Assembly: GCA_902536485.1 (NCBI GenBank)
Contig: CACAXP010000004.1
Coordinates: forward strand, 1 to 60,059
Direction: 5' to 3'
From: an uncultured Alphaproteobacteria bacterium
GTDB lineage: Bacteria; Pseudomonadota; Alphaproteobacteria; Methylaequorales; Methylaequoraceae
DNA length: 60,059 nucleotides
The notes beneath the pieces were generated by a model that saw only the letters and a program-made list of their open reading frames with translations, ran no database searches and was not told the DNA's origin. Made by a program: the position numbers and the translations under genes. This document shows positions 45,896-57,022 of this stretch, in pieces (the stretch's first letter is position 1; every line of letters begins with the position of its first letter).

Positions 45896-47195
45896 ATTTT
45901 TTTTTTACAATTTCCTTTAAAAAAATTAAACACGCTAAAATTATTATCGGATACACTGGCATAAGATACCTTACCGTAGAAATATTAACAAATGAAACTA
46001 CAAATAAATAAATCTGAGGAAAAATAATAAAATAAAAAGAATCACCTTTTTTGTTTAAAAAAAATCTTATTAATGAAATTAAAAAAATAATCTGAAAGAA
46101 GGCAAATAATAAAATTGAAAGATTTTGACCAATCTTTATGATTAAAGAGTCTGTAATTTTAATTCCTCCTGAAGAAAGTAAAATTTCCTCAAATTCAGGC
46201 AAATAATTTTTTTTTAAATATTCTTGTTTAAAACCAGCAACCCATTGGCCAAAAAAATGACTCATTGAAAGGTTTACGTAATCGATAAAATTATTTTTTA
46301 ATAAATACCCTAATATTAATATCTTGTTATTGTACATGTCTTGATAAAGCTTTTTTTCGTCAGTATTTAATTCTTCATAAAATTGAAATTGAGCAATTAC
46401 TTCATAGTCAGATTTAAGTTCTACTTTCGTTGGAAAATTTTTAATTTCGTTAAGACTATTGTGAGTTTTGACAAAATAATTTTTTGATTTTTGTAATATT
46501 GATTTATAAATTTTGGGATATTTTTCTATTTCAAAACTTTTTTTCCCTGACAGAAAAAATGTCTTTCCTAAAATCATTTCTCCCAAAACATTACTTCTAA
46601 TATCATTTTTTTTATAGAAAATAATATTTTCCAAAACAACAAAAAATAAAATTATCAAAAAGCATTTTAAATAATTAAATTTATCTCCTCTTAAGAAATT
46701 AAGAAAAAGAAAACATAAAACAACAATAAACCCAATACTTTTAATTGAAAATAATAATGCCAAAATTAAACAATAAAAATAGTAATTTAAATTTTTGCCA
46801 TTGTTAATTACAAATAATCCTATCCCAATGTTTATTAAACTAAAAAAAATAGACTCAGTGAGTATTGTTTTTGAAAAAGATGTATAAAAAAAATTAAGTA
46901 TGATTGCGATATAAAGTATTAATGAAATAAATAAATTATATTTTTTAAATATTGAATAACTCAAAAAGACTACACTAAAAGATAAAAATAATATTTGCAC
47001 ATAAATCAAATTTAAATTCAAAGTATCAACAAAATTAATAAAAAAAGGATAAAGCGACTTATATTTTGGTGAATAATTTTGGTAACTGCTAGAGTCTGGA
47101 AGTATATAATCCAAAAAACTTACAGAATAATTAATTATTATAAAGTTCAATAATGTAAGCAAACTTATTGATATAGAATTTTTACTATTAATCAT
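45873..47195 (-). CDS. polytopic membrane protein (GT-C-like)
   Basis: PDSSSY, YP, ILTES, RYLMP motifs; many TMs. Confidence 0.6.
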   Translation of the reverse strand: MINSKNSISISLLTLLNFIIINYSVSFLDYILPDSSSYQNYSPKYKSLYPFFINFVDTLNLNLIYVQILFLSFSVVFLSYSIFKKYNLFISLILYIAIILNFFYTSFSKTILTESIFFSLINIGIGLFVINNGKNLNYYFYCLILALLFSIKSIGFIVVLCFLFLNFLRGDKFNYLKCFLIILFFVVLENIIFYKKNDIRSNVLGEMILGKTFFLSGKKSFEIEKYPKIYKSILQKSKNYFVKTHNSLNEIKNFPTKVELKSDYEVIAQFQFYEELNTDEKKLYQDMYNNKILILGYLLKNNFIDYVNLSMSHFFGQWVAGFKQEYLKKNYLPEFEEILLSSGGIKITDSLIIKIGQNLSILLFAFFQIIFLISLIRFFLNKKGDSFYFIIFPQIYLFVVSFVNISTVRYLMPVYPIIILACLIFLKEIVKKKYVFSARY

Positions 47196-47896
47196 GAAAG
47201 TTTTTTAATAGTAAAAATAAGACTATCATCAAGTGATGAGAAAAAACTTATTGTAGGAATTTTAAATTTACTTTTTGGGTTAAAAATATTAATTGAAAAA
47301 CATGAAGAATAAAACTTTAGTTTAATATTAAATACAGAAAAGATTTTCATAATGTCCTTTTTTCTATAGAATTTTATATGAGTAGGATCTGAAACAATTG
47401 CTGTAGGTAATAAACCCAACAAAACCCTTACCCTTGATGAAAAAGATAAAATATTAGGAATACTAAAAACTGCAATTGAATCTTTTTTTAAAAGTCTGGT
47501 AATTTCTTTTAGAAAATGGTCAGGTTGTCTCAAATGTTCTAAGACCTCTAAACATATAATCAGATCAATAGAATTATTTTTCAAGGGAATTTTTCTTTTC
47601 TCAAAATCTAACTTAAAAATTTTAGTACAATTTTTTTTATTTAGTTCAATAACTTTGTCAGATATATCGATGGCAAAGATTTTATTGGGTTTTTCTTTTT
47701 TTATAAAATTAATCCATCTACCTGAACCAGGACCAACATCTAAACAGTTTTTTTTTTTTATTCCATAATCACTTAGAATTTTAATTAGAGTTTTATCTTT
47801 GTATCCTAAATTATTTGAAGTATTGCTAAGAGAATCTTTACTTTTATTTAGACCTGAAAAAACTCGATTAAAATGGTTGGCAACAAAATTTTTCAT
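47192..47896 (-). CDS. class I SAM methyltransferase
   Basis: LDVGPGSG, EVLEHL, SIPN. Confidence 0.9.
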   Translation of the reverse strand: MKNFVANHFNRVFSGLNKSKDSLSNTSNNLGYKDKTLIKILSDYGIKKKNCLDVGPGSGRWINFIKKEKPNKIFAIDISDKVIELNKKNCTKIFKLDFEKRKIPLKNNSIDLIICLEVLEHLRQPDHFLKEITRLLKKDSIAVFSIPNILSFSSRVRVLLGLLPTAIVSDPTHIKFYRKKDIMKIFSVFNIKLKFYSSCFSINIFNPKSKFKIPTISFFSSLDDSLIFTIKKLS

Positions 47897-47960
47897 TGTT
47901 TTTGTGAAAATGTTTTAAATTAATTATAATTTAAATAACACTATCAATTTTTTTCAAATA

Positions 47961-49127
47961 ATGACTCAAAAAAAAATAAATATTTTAATTAATAAAGAAG
48001 GAATTGTTTTTTATACAATATACCCTCTAATATTAAATAAAAGAAAGTTATTTGACCTAGGATATGAAATTAAGTTCTATTTTAACCTATCAGAAAGAAT
48101 TTTGGACTGTGATATTTTAATTCTTGTGTCTAAACCAACTCAAAAAATAATTGACAAAAAAAACATAAGTACAAAAAATAATAATGCCCTATTAAAATAT
48201 CTCTCTGAAATAAGATCCAATGTAAAAAAAATTATTTGGTTTGATAATTCTGATAGTTCGTCGGTAACAAATTTTGAAGTCATGCCTTATGTTGACATTT
48301 ATTTAAAGAAACAAATTTTAGTAAATAAGTCACTTTATAATTCTAATTTTTATGGAGGGAGGATATTTACAGATTTTTATCATAAAAAATTTAAAATTGT
48401 TGATAAACAACCTTTTGAAAATAACTTTCCTTTAAGAAAAAAATATGAGCATAAACTTAGACTTTCTTGGAATATAGGTTTAGGCAATATTCATAATTCG
48501 TTTAGTCCCTTCTATAGCTATTTAAGATACTTTTTTCCATTTTTTATTTTTAAAAGGTATAATGACAAATTTATAGAACCAAAAAAAATACGAGAAATTG
48601 ATTTTTTTTTTCGAGGAAGTATTAAATACAATAGAAACACAATTAAATTTCATAGGGAAAAACTATTAAATGACTTAAAAACTAAACTGTGCAAAAAAAA
48701 ATTTGTGTCGGTAATTGGGAGAAATGTTTTTTATAAAAAAAAAATTTCTAACTTTATTAAAAAAGCTCAAGGCAAATTATCAAATAGCGAGTACTTAAAA
48801 ATACAAAACAATTCTAAAATTTCTTTTAGTCCATTTGGTTGGGGTGAATTAGGAGCAAGAGATTATGAAATTATTTTAGGAGGGTCATTATTAGTCAAAC
48901 CCAGAATGGACCATATGCAAACTTGGCCAAATATTTTTATACCAAATAAAACCTATGTTCCCTTAGAATGGGACTTTAGTAATTTAGAAGAAATATTTGA
49001 TACTTATTCAAAGAATCATAAGTTAAGAAATGAAATTATTTCTTGCAGTCAGGAAGCTTACAAGGCAAGCATAAGTTATGGCGGAATGGAAAAATTTTGC
49101 TATTGGTTTTTAAAGCAAATCCAATAA
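47961..49127 (+). CDS. glycosyltransferase-like protein
   Basis: SPFGWGE...RDYE...GSLLVKP, WDFSNL. Confidence 0.7.
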   Translation: MTQKKINILINKEGIVFYTIYPLILNKRKLFDLGYEIKFYFNLSERILDCDILILVSKPTQKIIDKKNISTKNNNALLKYLSEIRSNVKKIIWFDNSDSSSVTNFEVMPYVDIYLKKQILVNKSLYNSNFYGGRIFTDFYHKKFKIVDKQPFENNFPLRKKYEHKLRLSWNIGLGNIHNSFSPFYSYLRYFFPFFIFKRYNDKFIEPKKIREIDFFFRGSIKYNRNTIKFHREKLLNDLKTKLCKKKFVSVIGRNVFYKKKISNFIKKAQGKLSNSEYLKIQNNSKISFSPFGWGELGARDYEIILGGSLLVKPRMDHMQTWPNIFIPNKTYVPLEWDFSNLEEIFDTYSKNHKLRNEIISCSQEAYKASISYGGMEKFCYWFLKQIQ

Positions 49128-49129
49128 TT

Positions 49130-51055
49130 TTAATTCATCCATTTAGAATACCAACTTTGGAATATAAAAAAATTCCACATTTCTGGAGCTAAGTTTGATC
49201 CTTTTTTATTATAATCAATAAAAAATTCATCTACTTTACTTTTTTGAAATAGATTTTGATGTTTTATAAATTCACTAGAGGAAAAATATTTGAGTTTTTC
49301 ATTCAAATGTTGATTGAGTAAAATATCAATTGGAACACCAAAACCCATTTTTGGTCTATTAAATAATTTTTCTGGAAGATATTCTTTTAGTATTTTTCTT
49401 AGAATATGTTTTCCTTGTTTATTTTTTATTTTATGAATAGGTCTGCAATTTTTAAGTGAGTACTCTACAACTCTTCTGTCCAACAATGGTGACCTTATCT
49501 CTAGACTATTTGACATACTAGCTCTATCAACTTTTACTAAGATATCTCCTACTAAATAATTTTCAATATCATGGAATTGCATATTTTCAACAAAAGAATA
49601 GCCTTTGTACTCGTTTTTAAAAGACACTTTTTTATTAAAGGAATTCTCACTAAGTAAATCTAAAAGTCTGTTGCTTGATATTAACTTAGAATAAATTTCA
49701 ATTTCATCCTTGGAGTTTAAAATTTTAGCAATTTTTTTTAGTCTGTGACCAAAATGGTTAGGTCTAATATTTTGAGGTAACACTAGGCTTAAGCAATCAA
49801 AAAAATTATTTGGAAAATAATTGATAATCGATGACATTAATTTTAAAAAACCTGAACCGAGAAGTTTATTAATAGTTAAAAAATCCTTTGCCCACAAATA
49901 TCTTGAATAACCACCAAAAACTTCATCACCTCCATCTCCAGATAAAGCAACTGTTACATCCTTTTTTATTTGATTACAGATTAAAAATGTTGGAATTTGT
50001 GAGGAGTCACCAAAGGGCTCATCATAAATCTCTGGAAGTTTTTCAATTATTTTATCAAGATTAGTTGTATCTAAAGGGAAATTGGTATGATTAGTTTTTA
50101 TATGATTTGATATCTTTTTTGCATAAATTGATTCGTCAAATAATTTATTTTCAAAACCAACAGAATATGTTTTTATATCATCTTTATTGGTTTTAGCTAA
50201 AGAAGCAATCAATGAACTATCGATTCCTCCAGAAAGCAAAACTCCAACAGGAACGTCAGCTGTTAGTCTTTCAGATACAGAAGTATTTAAAATGTCATGA
50301 AGTTCCTCAATAATTACATTTTCTTTTCTAATAGAATCCGTTGATGAATATAAAAAAGTCTTTGGATACCAATATCTAAATTTTTTTACCTTAAGTTCCC
50401 TTGAAAACATTAAGAATGTTCCTGGTTCCAACTTATTTATTTCTTTAAATATTGTTCTAGGAGCTTTGATATAAGAAAATTTCAAGAATTCAGATAGACC
50501 CTGATGATTTAGAGTTTTCTTAAATTTTTTAAAATTTAGGATTGATTTTATTTCTGAAGCAAAAATAAGTTTTTTTTCGTCCATAGTCCAGTAAAGCGGC
50601 TTTTTTCCAAGTGGATCTATTGCTAAAAATAAATTTTTTTCTTTTTTATCCCAAACAGCTAACGAAAACATTCCCATTATTTTATCAAGGGCTTTTCTAA
50701 ATCCAAATTGTACAATTAATTCAAGTATAACCTCAGTGTCAGACTGAGTTTTAAATTTCACATTAAATGCGCTTTTAAGTTCATTTTTTAATTTTTTAAA
50801 ATTATAGATCTCCCCATTAAAGATTATTATATATCTTTCATTATTAGAGTGCATTGGTTGATTGGCTATCTCTGATAAATCAATTATTGACAACCTCCTA
50901 TGACCCAAATAAATGTTATCTTTCTCAGAAGACCAATATCCTGATGCATTTGGTCCTCTATGCCTTAAAACATTTGTCATGTTTCTAAGAGTTTGTAATG
51001 ATTCTCTGTGAGTAGAAAAATTATTTAAGAGAAAAAATCCTGATATGCCACACAT
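49130..51055 (-). CDS. asnB: asparagine synthase-like amidotransferase (glutamine-hydrolysing)
   Basis: MCGI, HRGP, FNGEIYN, LSGGIDS, SGDGGDE, KVDRASM. Confidence 0.95.
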   Translation of the reverse strand: MCGISGFFLLNNFSTHRESLQTLRNMTNVLRHRGPNASGYWSSEKDNIYLGHRRLSIIDLSEIANQPMHSNNERYIIIFNGEIYNFKKLKNELKSAFNVKFKTQSDTEVILELIVQFGFRKALDKIMGMFSLAVWDKKEKNLFLAIDPLGKKPLYWTMDEKKLIFASEIKSILNFKKFKKTLNHQGLSEFLKFSYIKAPRTIFKEINKLEPGTFLMFSRELKVKKFRYWYPKTFLYSSTDSIRKENVIIEELHDILNTSVSERLTADVPVGVLLSGGIDSSLIASLAKTNKDDIKTYSVGFENKLFDESIYAKKISNHIKTNHTNFPLDTTNLDKIIEKLPEIYDEPFGDSSQIPTFLICNQIKKDVTVALSGDGGDEVFGGYSRYLWAKDFLTINKLLGSGFLKLMSSIINYFPNNFFDCLSLVLPQNIRPNHFGHRLKKIAKILNSKDEIEIYSKLISSNRLLDLLSENSFNKKVSFKNEYKGYSFVENMQFHDIENYLVGDILVKVDRASMSNSLEIRSPLLDRRVVEYSLKNCRPIHKIKNKQGKHILRKILKEYLPEKLFNRPKMGFGVPIDILLNQHLNEKLKYFSSSEFIKHQNLFQKSKVDEFFIDYNKKGSNLAPEMWNFFIFQSWYSKWMN

Positions 51056-51320
51056 AAATAATTTATTTACAAAATTTTTTTTTATACTGAATAAATTTTA
51101 TTTCTAAAAGTTTCTCTTTTTCGACTGGTATTCTCATATTTGGTTTATTTTCTTTAAACCACTATATTCAACTTTATCCAAAAATTTGTGAAAATTTGAT
51201 GAAACATATATTGCATTCTCATATCTGAGTAATTTTTTGTCAATCTTTATTCTCCATTTCTAAAAAATTTCACATCTTTATATTCAAAAAAGATTTTATG
51301 TACACTATTAAACATACAGC

Positions 51321-52238
51321 TTACTTTTTTTTTAGAATAAAGGACAGTGACTTAGGATACTGATCAAATAGCTCATTAAATCTTATCTGATCCCATAATT
51401 TCATATGATCTAAAATTTTTGCTAAACTGTTATCTATATTTTTCGCTTTATATTTTTCGTATCCAGCCAACTTTAATACTTGCAGATTATTAGTATTACA
51501 AATTCTTTGAAAGTCTTTCGTATTTAAACCGTAATCGATTGGAGCACAGAATGTATCTAAAAAAAATACTGGTTTTGTTATATTCTCCTGAGCAGCATAA
51601 CCATAATAAGTACTTTTACCTTTAAGCTTTAATTTGGCTTGATAATAATAATTTTTAATTTTTTGAATAAGCTCATTAATTGTGTGATCCATCAATTTTT
51701 TCTTAAAGTGAGGGTACAAATCCATCATAACTTTCGGATCTTTTGTTAATAAGTGTAACATTTCTTTTATTTCGTATCTTCTTTGGTGACCTCTTTCTGA
51801 GTATATCATACCACAAAGTAGTCCTCCCTTTTTTAAATTAGCACACAAATTTCTAAAACTTTTTTCATAATCTTTTGAGGTCATAATAGATCCTATTGCA
51901 AATATCACATCAAACTTTTTTTTAAACTTTAGTTTTTGAGAGAATGATTTTTTATGAAGCTCAAATCTTCCTTGAAAATTAAAAGAATTTAAAAAATTTT
52001 CACCTGCTTTTAATGATGGATTACTTAAATCGATACCTACTCCATAGGAGTTTTTGTAATCATCAAGAATACCAGCAAGATGTCTACATGAACCACACCC
52101 AGCATCTAAAAAGTAAAAATTATCACTTTTTTTAATATATTCACTTATTCTTTCACTCCACTGTTTACTCATCGTCGTATTTGGACCAGGGTATCGAATT
52201 GAGGAATAAAACAATTCTGTAGTTTTCTTTAAAGACAT
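51321..52238 (-). CDS. class I SAM methyltransferase
   Basis: LDAGCGS, GIDLS, LKKGG. Confidence 0.85.
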   Translation of the reverse strand: MSLKKTTELFYSSIRYPGPNTTMSKQWSERISEYIKKSDNFYFLDAGCGSCRHLAGILDDYKNSYGVGIDLSNPSLKAGENFLNSFNFQGRFELHKKSFSQKLKFKKKFDVIFAIGSIMTSKDYEKSFRNLCANLKKGGLLCGMIYSERGHQRRYEIKEMLHLLTKDPKVMMDLYPHFKKKLMDHTINELIQKIKNYYYQAKLKLKGKSTYYGYAAQENITKPVFFLDTFCAPIDYGLNTKDFQRICNTNNLQVLKLAGYEKYKAKNIDNSLAKILDHMKLWDQIRFNELFDQYPKSLSFILKKK

Positions 52239-52465
52239 AAGTTATTTAGTTTTTTTAAATAAAATAAGCAAAATTTAATAAATAGTAAAGTTGAATTAAC
52301 CTTAGGATTTAGATTTACTTTAGTCAAATTTTTCCTCTAAGATTTTTGACATATTTTACATATCCATCTTTATCTCATATACTAACTTTGTAAAGTTTAA
52401 TTGACTGTTTAAATTTCATATGCAAATTATTTCTATCCAGATAATCGTCGGAATGGAACACATTA

Positions 52466-53635
52466 ATGGTGATAAATAAAAAAATATTTTTTGTTCTACG
52501 CCTAATGTCTGGGTTTAGAGAAAGTTTTGAAAACGAAATTTGGAAACCTCATGGTTCACCAACAATTTATAAACTCTTAGAGCATCTTCAAAACCAAGAT
52601 TTTAAAAAATATTACTATTTTATAGATGACCAAAATCTGTCAAAAAAAAAAGTAAACTTTCAAAACATTAATTTAAATGCTGATGTAATATCGAGTAAAA
52701 CATTTTTTTTTAAAAAAATGAGTTTTTATTTAAATACTCTTACTCATTTTCTTTATATTTCAATTAAAATTTTTTTTCACAAGCCAGATATTATTTACGT
52801 TGATAGAGGAAATGTAGTTTTAGCAGCACTATTTTGTAGAATATTAAAACGTAAAGTAGTTTTAAGAGTACTAGGTATTCCAACTCCTCTACAAAATCTT
52901 AAGAAAGATAAGGGTATATATTCTGTGGTTCTAAGATGGGCATATAAGTCAAAATTTACATGGGTTTTATTTACTGAAGAAGGAAGTAATCCAAAAAATT
53001 GGGCAAATAAAAACTTAAGTAAAAATATTAAGAAGAGCTTCTGGATTAATGGCGTTGATAGACCTATTAATATAAATATAAAAAAAAAAAAAAGAATAGA
53101 TATTTTATTTATCAGCAGACTAACATCTAATAAAGGATGTTTTAATTTATTAAAAAGTATGAAAAAATTATCTAAAACTAAACTAAAAAAAAATTGGGTT
53201 CTACATATAATAGGAAACGGAGATAAAATTGAAGAAATGAAAAATTATGTCTGTGATAACATGCTTGAAAATAAGGTAATTTTTTATGGGAGCATTGAAC
53301 ATAATAAAATTCACAAATTTTACAATTTTGGTGATATTTATATTTCTCTCAATAATCAGGGAAATATATCTAATTCAAATTTAGAAGCTCTTAATTATAA
53401 CTTAAAATGTATTTTTTTAGGTAAAACTTCAAAAAATATTGATAACTTGACCGAAATTCTTTTCCCTGAAGTAAATTTTATTGATAGAGATAATATTGTT
53501 AAAAATTTAACTTTAATGTTGCAAAAAATTATTAATGGAAATAGTTTTAAATTAAATTCTAAGGTAAAGCTTACAAGCTGGAATGATAGAATAAGTAAAG
53601 AAATAGATAAATTAAGATCGCTCTTTGATGAATAA
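52466..53635 (+). CDS. GT4-family glycosyltransferase
   Basis: NGVD, FISRL...KG, IIGNG, SNSNLEAL. Confidence 0.85.
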   Translation: MVINKKIFFVLRLMSGFRESFENEIWKPHGSPTIYKLLEHLQNQDFKKYYYFIDDQNLSKKKVNFQNINLNADVISSKTFFFKKMSFYLNTLTHFLYISIKIFFHKPDIIYVDRGNVVLAALFCRILKRKVVLRVLGIPTPLQNLKKDKGIYSVVLRWAYKSKFTWVLFTEEGSNPKNWANKNLSKNIKKSFWINGVDRPININIKKKKRIDILFISRLTSNKGCFNLLKSMKKLSKTKLKKNWVLHIIGNGDKIEEMKNYVCDNMLENKVIFYGSIEHNKIHKFYNFGDIYISLNNQGNISNSNLEALNYNLKCIFLGKTSKNIDNLTEILFPEVNFIDRDNIVKNLTLMLQKIINGNSFKLNSKVKLTSWNDRISKEIDKLRSLFDE

Positions 53636-55340
53636 TAAAATAATCTTGGGTATACATGATGGTCATAATTGTGGCGCATCAATTTCAATTGGGCCTAAGA
53701 TTATTGCCTCTGTAAGTGAAGAAAGACTTACTAGAAAGAAGAATGATGTTGGCTTTCCAGAAAAAGCTATTTCGGAGGTTCTTAAAATTTCAGGTGTTAC
53801 TTCATCTCAGTTATCATATGTAGCATATGCTTCATTGTTTATGCATTCAAAAAATCATCTTCAGGATATTTATGAATGGTATAATGTTGGAGAAAGTGAT
53901 CAGAAAAGAGATAATAATATTTCTAACGACTATAAAAAAAAAATTTTTAAGATTAGAAAAGATGAGAGAATCGAAAACGTTAAAAGGTTACTTGGTATAG
54001 AAGAGCAAAAAATCAGGTTTGTTGAGCATCATGTTGCTCATTTGGCCGCGGCATATTATCTTTCTCCTTTTAAAAAAAAACCTATTCTTGGAATTACATG
54101 CGACGGTGCAGGAGATGGTTTATCAGCCACTGTAAATATTTGTGATAATAATAAAATAAAAAGAATTTGTGAAATTTCTAGACATTCTTCAATTGGAAAA
54201 ATTTATTCTAGAGTAACCTATCTTATGGGTTTAAGACCATGGCAAGATGAGTACAAAGTAATGGGTTTGGCCCCATATGCAGATAAAACAAGAGTTATAG
54301 AACAAAGCAAAAAACTATTTAATTTATTGAACATTGACCACGACGAAATTGCTTTCAAGTTACAAACAGGGTTATCTACAAACTATTGTTATGAATATTT
54401 AAAGAAAAGTTTTGAGAATGTTAGGTTCGATGTTATTGCTGGTGCGGTCCAATATTTTACAGAGCAGATGTTAGTTAAGTGGATTAAGAATTGTATCAAT
54501 CATACAAAAATAAGAGATGTGGTTTGTGGTGGAGGAGTTTTTATGAATGTCAAGAGTAACATGCTTCTAGGCGAAATAAGTAGTGTTAATTCTATTTTTT
54601 TTATGCCAACTTCATCAGATGAATCCATTTCGATGGGTGCATGTCTATATTTATATTATTCAGAAAATAACATTAATAACAATGGTGAAAGTGCAATAGA
54701 AAATCTTTACTTGGGTGCAGAATTTGACAAAAAATGTGAGGAAAATGAATTAAAAAATAATAATGTAACTGAGTTTTCAGAGGTATTAGAAACAAATAAT
54801 ACAAATAAATATATCGTTGAAATTTTAAAAAATGACGGAATTATTGGACTATGTAGAGGGAAAATGGAATGGGGAGCAAGAGCTTTAGGAAATAGAAGCA
54901 TTATTACAGATCCCTCAAACTTTAATAAAATTAACATTTTAAACAGCCAAATAAAAAGTAGAGATTTTTGGATGCCCTTTGCGCCTGCAATAATTGATGA
55001 TGATACAAAAAATATTTTTGACAATAAAAAAAAAATATGTACCCGCTTTATGGCTTCAGCATTTAAAATTAAAGAGGAACAAAAATCAATTTTTTCATCT
55101 GCCTCACATCCAAAAGATGGAACAATAAGACCGCAAACTGTATCTGAAAAAAGTAATAAAAATTTTTATGATTTATTGAAAAAGTATAAGAAAAGTACTG
55201 GAAGATCTGGTGTGTTGAATACTTCCTTTAATCTTCACGGGGAACCTATTGTTTGTTCACCCAAAGATGCAATTAATGTTTTTAAAAGATCAGGTTTAAA
55301 AAATCTTGCACTCAATAACTTCATATTGAAAAAAAAATAA
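53625..55340 (+). CDS. O-carbamoyltransferase (NodU/CmcH family)
   Basis: EERLTR, EHHVAH, DGAGD, EYKVMGLA, RALGNRS, NTSFNLHGEP. Confidence 0.95.
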   Translation: MMNNKIILGIHDGHNCGASISIGPKIIASVSEERLTRKKNDVGFPEKAISEVLKISGVTSSQLSYVAYASLFMHSKNHLQDIYEWYNVGESDQKRDNNISNDYKKKIFKIRKDERIENVKRLLGIEEQKIRFVEHHVAHLAAAYYLSPFKKKPILGITCDGAGDGLSATVNICDNNKIKRICEISRHSSIGKIYSRVTYLMGLRPWQDEYKVMGLAPYADKTRVIEQSKKLFNLLNIDHDEIAFKLQTGLSTNYCYEYLKKSFENVRFDVIAGAVQYFTEQMLVKWIKNCINHTKIRDVVCGGGVFMNVKSNMLLGEISSVNSIFFMPTSSDESISMGACLYLYYSENNINNNGESAIENLYLGAEFDKKCEENELKNNNVTEFSEVLETNNTNKYIVEILKNDGIIGLCRGKMEWGARALGNRSIITDPSNFNKINILNSQIKSRDFWMPFAPAIIDDDTKNIFDNKKKICTRFMASAFKIKEEQKSIFSSASHPKDGTIRPQTVSEKSNKNFYDLLKKYKKSTGRSGVLNTSFNLHGEPIVCSPKDAINVFKRSGLKNLALNNFILKKK

Positions 55341-55625
55341 AAGTTAATCAGTTTTAATTAAATTTAATTTAGATAAAAAAAGATAAAGACTATTAAATTC
55401 TAATAATAAAAAACTTGTAGTTATTATTTATCAGGTCTGTAATGAAAAACTAAAAAAAGTTAATATTTATTCATTTAAATGTTTTGTTGATGTCCGTTCG
55501 AGTAAGAATATGGGTGTCTTTTTATTTATCAAGATTGACTCAGAATCCATGCAAATTATAATAGAACTTTTTGCAGAAACGATAAGCTCAAAAGAATATA
55601 ATGAAAAAACAATTAATCAAGAAAT

Positions 55626-55751
55626 TTAGGCTTTCTTTGATTTAATTGTAAAATACTCAAAAAAGCCAACCGTCATATTTCTTAAAGTTTGTAATGAATC
55701 TCGATGAGATAAATAATTATTTGTGATAAAGAAGCCTGATATACCACACAT
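55626..55751 (-). pseudogene. truncated second copy of the asnB 5' end
   Basis: MCGISGFFITNNYLSHRDSLQTLRNMT then unrelated sequence and a stop; 21/27 aa identical to the N-terminus of asnB at 51055. Confidence 0.85.
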
Positions 55752-55757
55752 GAAAAT

Positions 55758-56993
55758 CTATATATCAGTATTAGTTTTATTTATAATCTTTTTGTACAAA
55801 TCAATATATTTTTGTGAGACTTTTGCCCAATCATAATACTTAACAGAATTTAAACAATTTATTTTAATTCTTCTTAATAAATCTTTATTATTATGAAGCT
55901 TTAGTATGATATCAACAAATTGCTCAGCATTATTTTTAGAAACTATAAATCCATTTTTATTATTTTTGACTAAATCTTTACAACCAGGAACTTCGCTTAC
56001 AACTAAAGGAACACCAGCTGCCATAGCCTCAATTATTACAATTCCAAAACTTTCAATTAACGATGGAAAAATAAAAACATCAGAAATTTTATAAAGTTTT
56101 ATTAATTCTAGTGATGGCAAACATAATTTTTTAAGATTTGTTAAAGGAAAATCCTCAAATAAAAAAAAATTTTTATTCAAATTTAGATCATTAATTTTAC
56201 TTTTTAGTTTTTTAACATCCTTTCCAACAATAACGAATTGAAAATTCAGTTTTCGGTGAGTTTTTAGTATGCTAGCAATTTTTAAAATTAAGTCATAATT
56301 CTTTTTAATATGATTTCTTCCGACAGAGATCATGGTAAAAGCTTTAGGATCTAGACCATACTTTTTTTTTTCAAAGTTTTTATTAACCTTGATTTTAAAG
56401 TTTTTAAGAACGACACCGTTGGTAACTTTATGAACTCGAGATCGTGAAATACCAAATTTATCATAACAATCAAGAATACTATCAGAAGTAGCAATTAAAT
56501 TTTTAGATTGCTTAAGGTGATCTTTAATTAATCTTTCATTCTTTTTTTTTTTTGAATATCCATAACCAATTTCTTTTTCAAATTGAACATCTTCTCCAAC
56601 ACATCTTAATAAATAAGGAATTTTTTTTTTATTTGCGTATTTGATAAATGAAATTCCTAGAGGAAATGCTGATGTTATATGCCAAAAATCAAAGTTATAT
56701 CTAAGGTTTAAGTATTCAAATATTTTTTTAAAATAAAAAAGTCCAAATGAACTAGATATCTGAAATACTGAAAAAGTAAACGGTGGAAAACTTTTAACTT
56801 TGTAACCTAAATTAATATTTTTTTTTTCTAATTTTTTAAAAATTGAATATGAAGTAATTACAAATGGTTCATGACCTTTTTTTAAAAGTTCAGTTGCAAG
56901 GTTATGAAGACCTACTTCCATACCTCCCAAATTGGGTAAAAAAGATAGAATTGGTAATGCTATTTTTAGTTTAGTTTTATTTTTGTAAATCAT
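55758..56993 (-). CDS. GT4-family glycosyltransferase
   Basis: GGME, NGV, VGR, ESFGIVIIEAMAAG. Confidence 0.93.
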   Translation of the reverse strand: MIYKNKTKLKIALPILSFLPNLGGMEVGLHNLATELLKKGHEPFVITSYSIFKKLEKKNINLGYKVKSFPPFTFSVFQISSSFGLFYFKKIFEYLNLRYNFDFWHITSAFPLGISFIKYANKKKIPYLLRCVGEDVQFEKEIGYGYSKKKKNERLIKDHLKQSKNLIATSDSILDCYDKFGISRSRVHKVTNGVVLKNFKIKVNKNFEKKKYGLDPKAFTMISVGRNHIKKNYDLILKIASILKTHRKLNFQFVIVGKDVKKLKSKINDLNLNKNFFLFEDFPLTNLKKLCLPSLELIKLYKISDVFIFPSLIESFGIVIIEAMAAGVPLVVSEVPGCKDLVKNNKNGFIVSKNNAEQFVDIILKLHNNKDLLRRIKINCLNSVKYYDWAKVSQKYIDLYKKIINKTNTDI

Positions 56994-57022
56994 TCAGAAG
57001 ATTATTAAAAAAATATTTTTAT

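Noticed and set aside
51056-51320. Possible gene remnant between asnB and the methyltransferase (likewise a stop-free frame at 55387-55629)
   Set aside because: Short or start-less frames with no recognisable homology; cannot be supported
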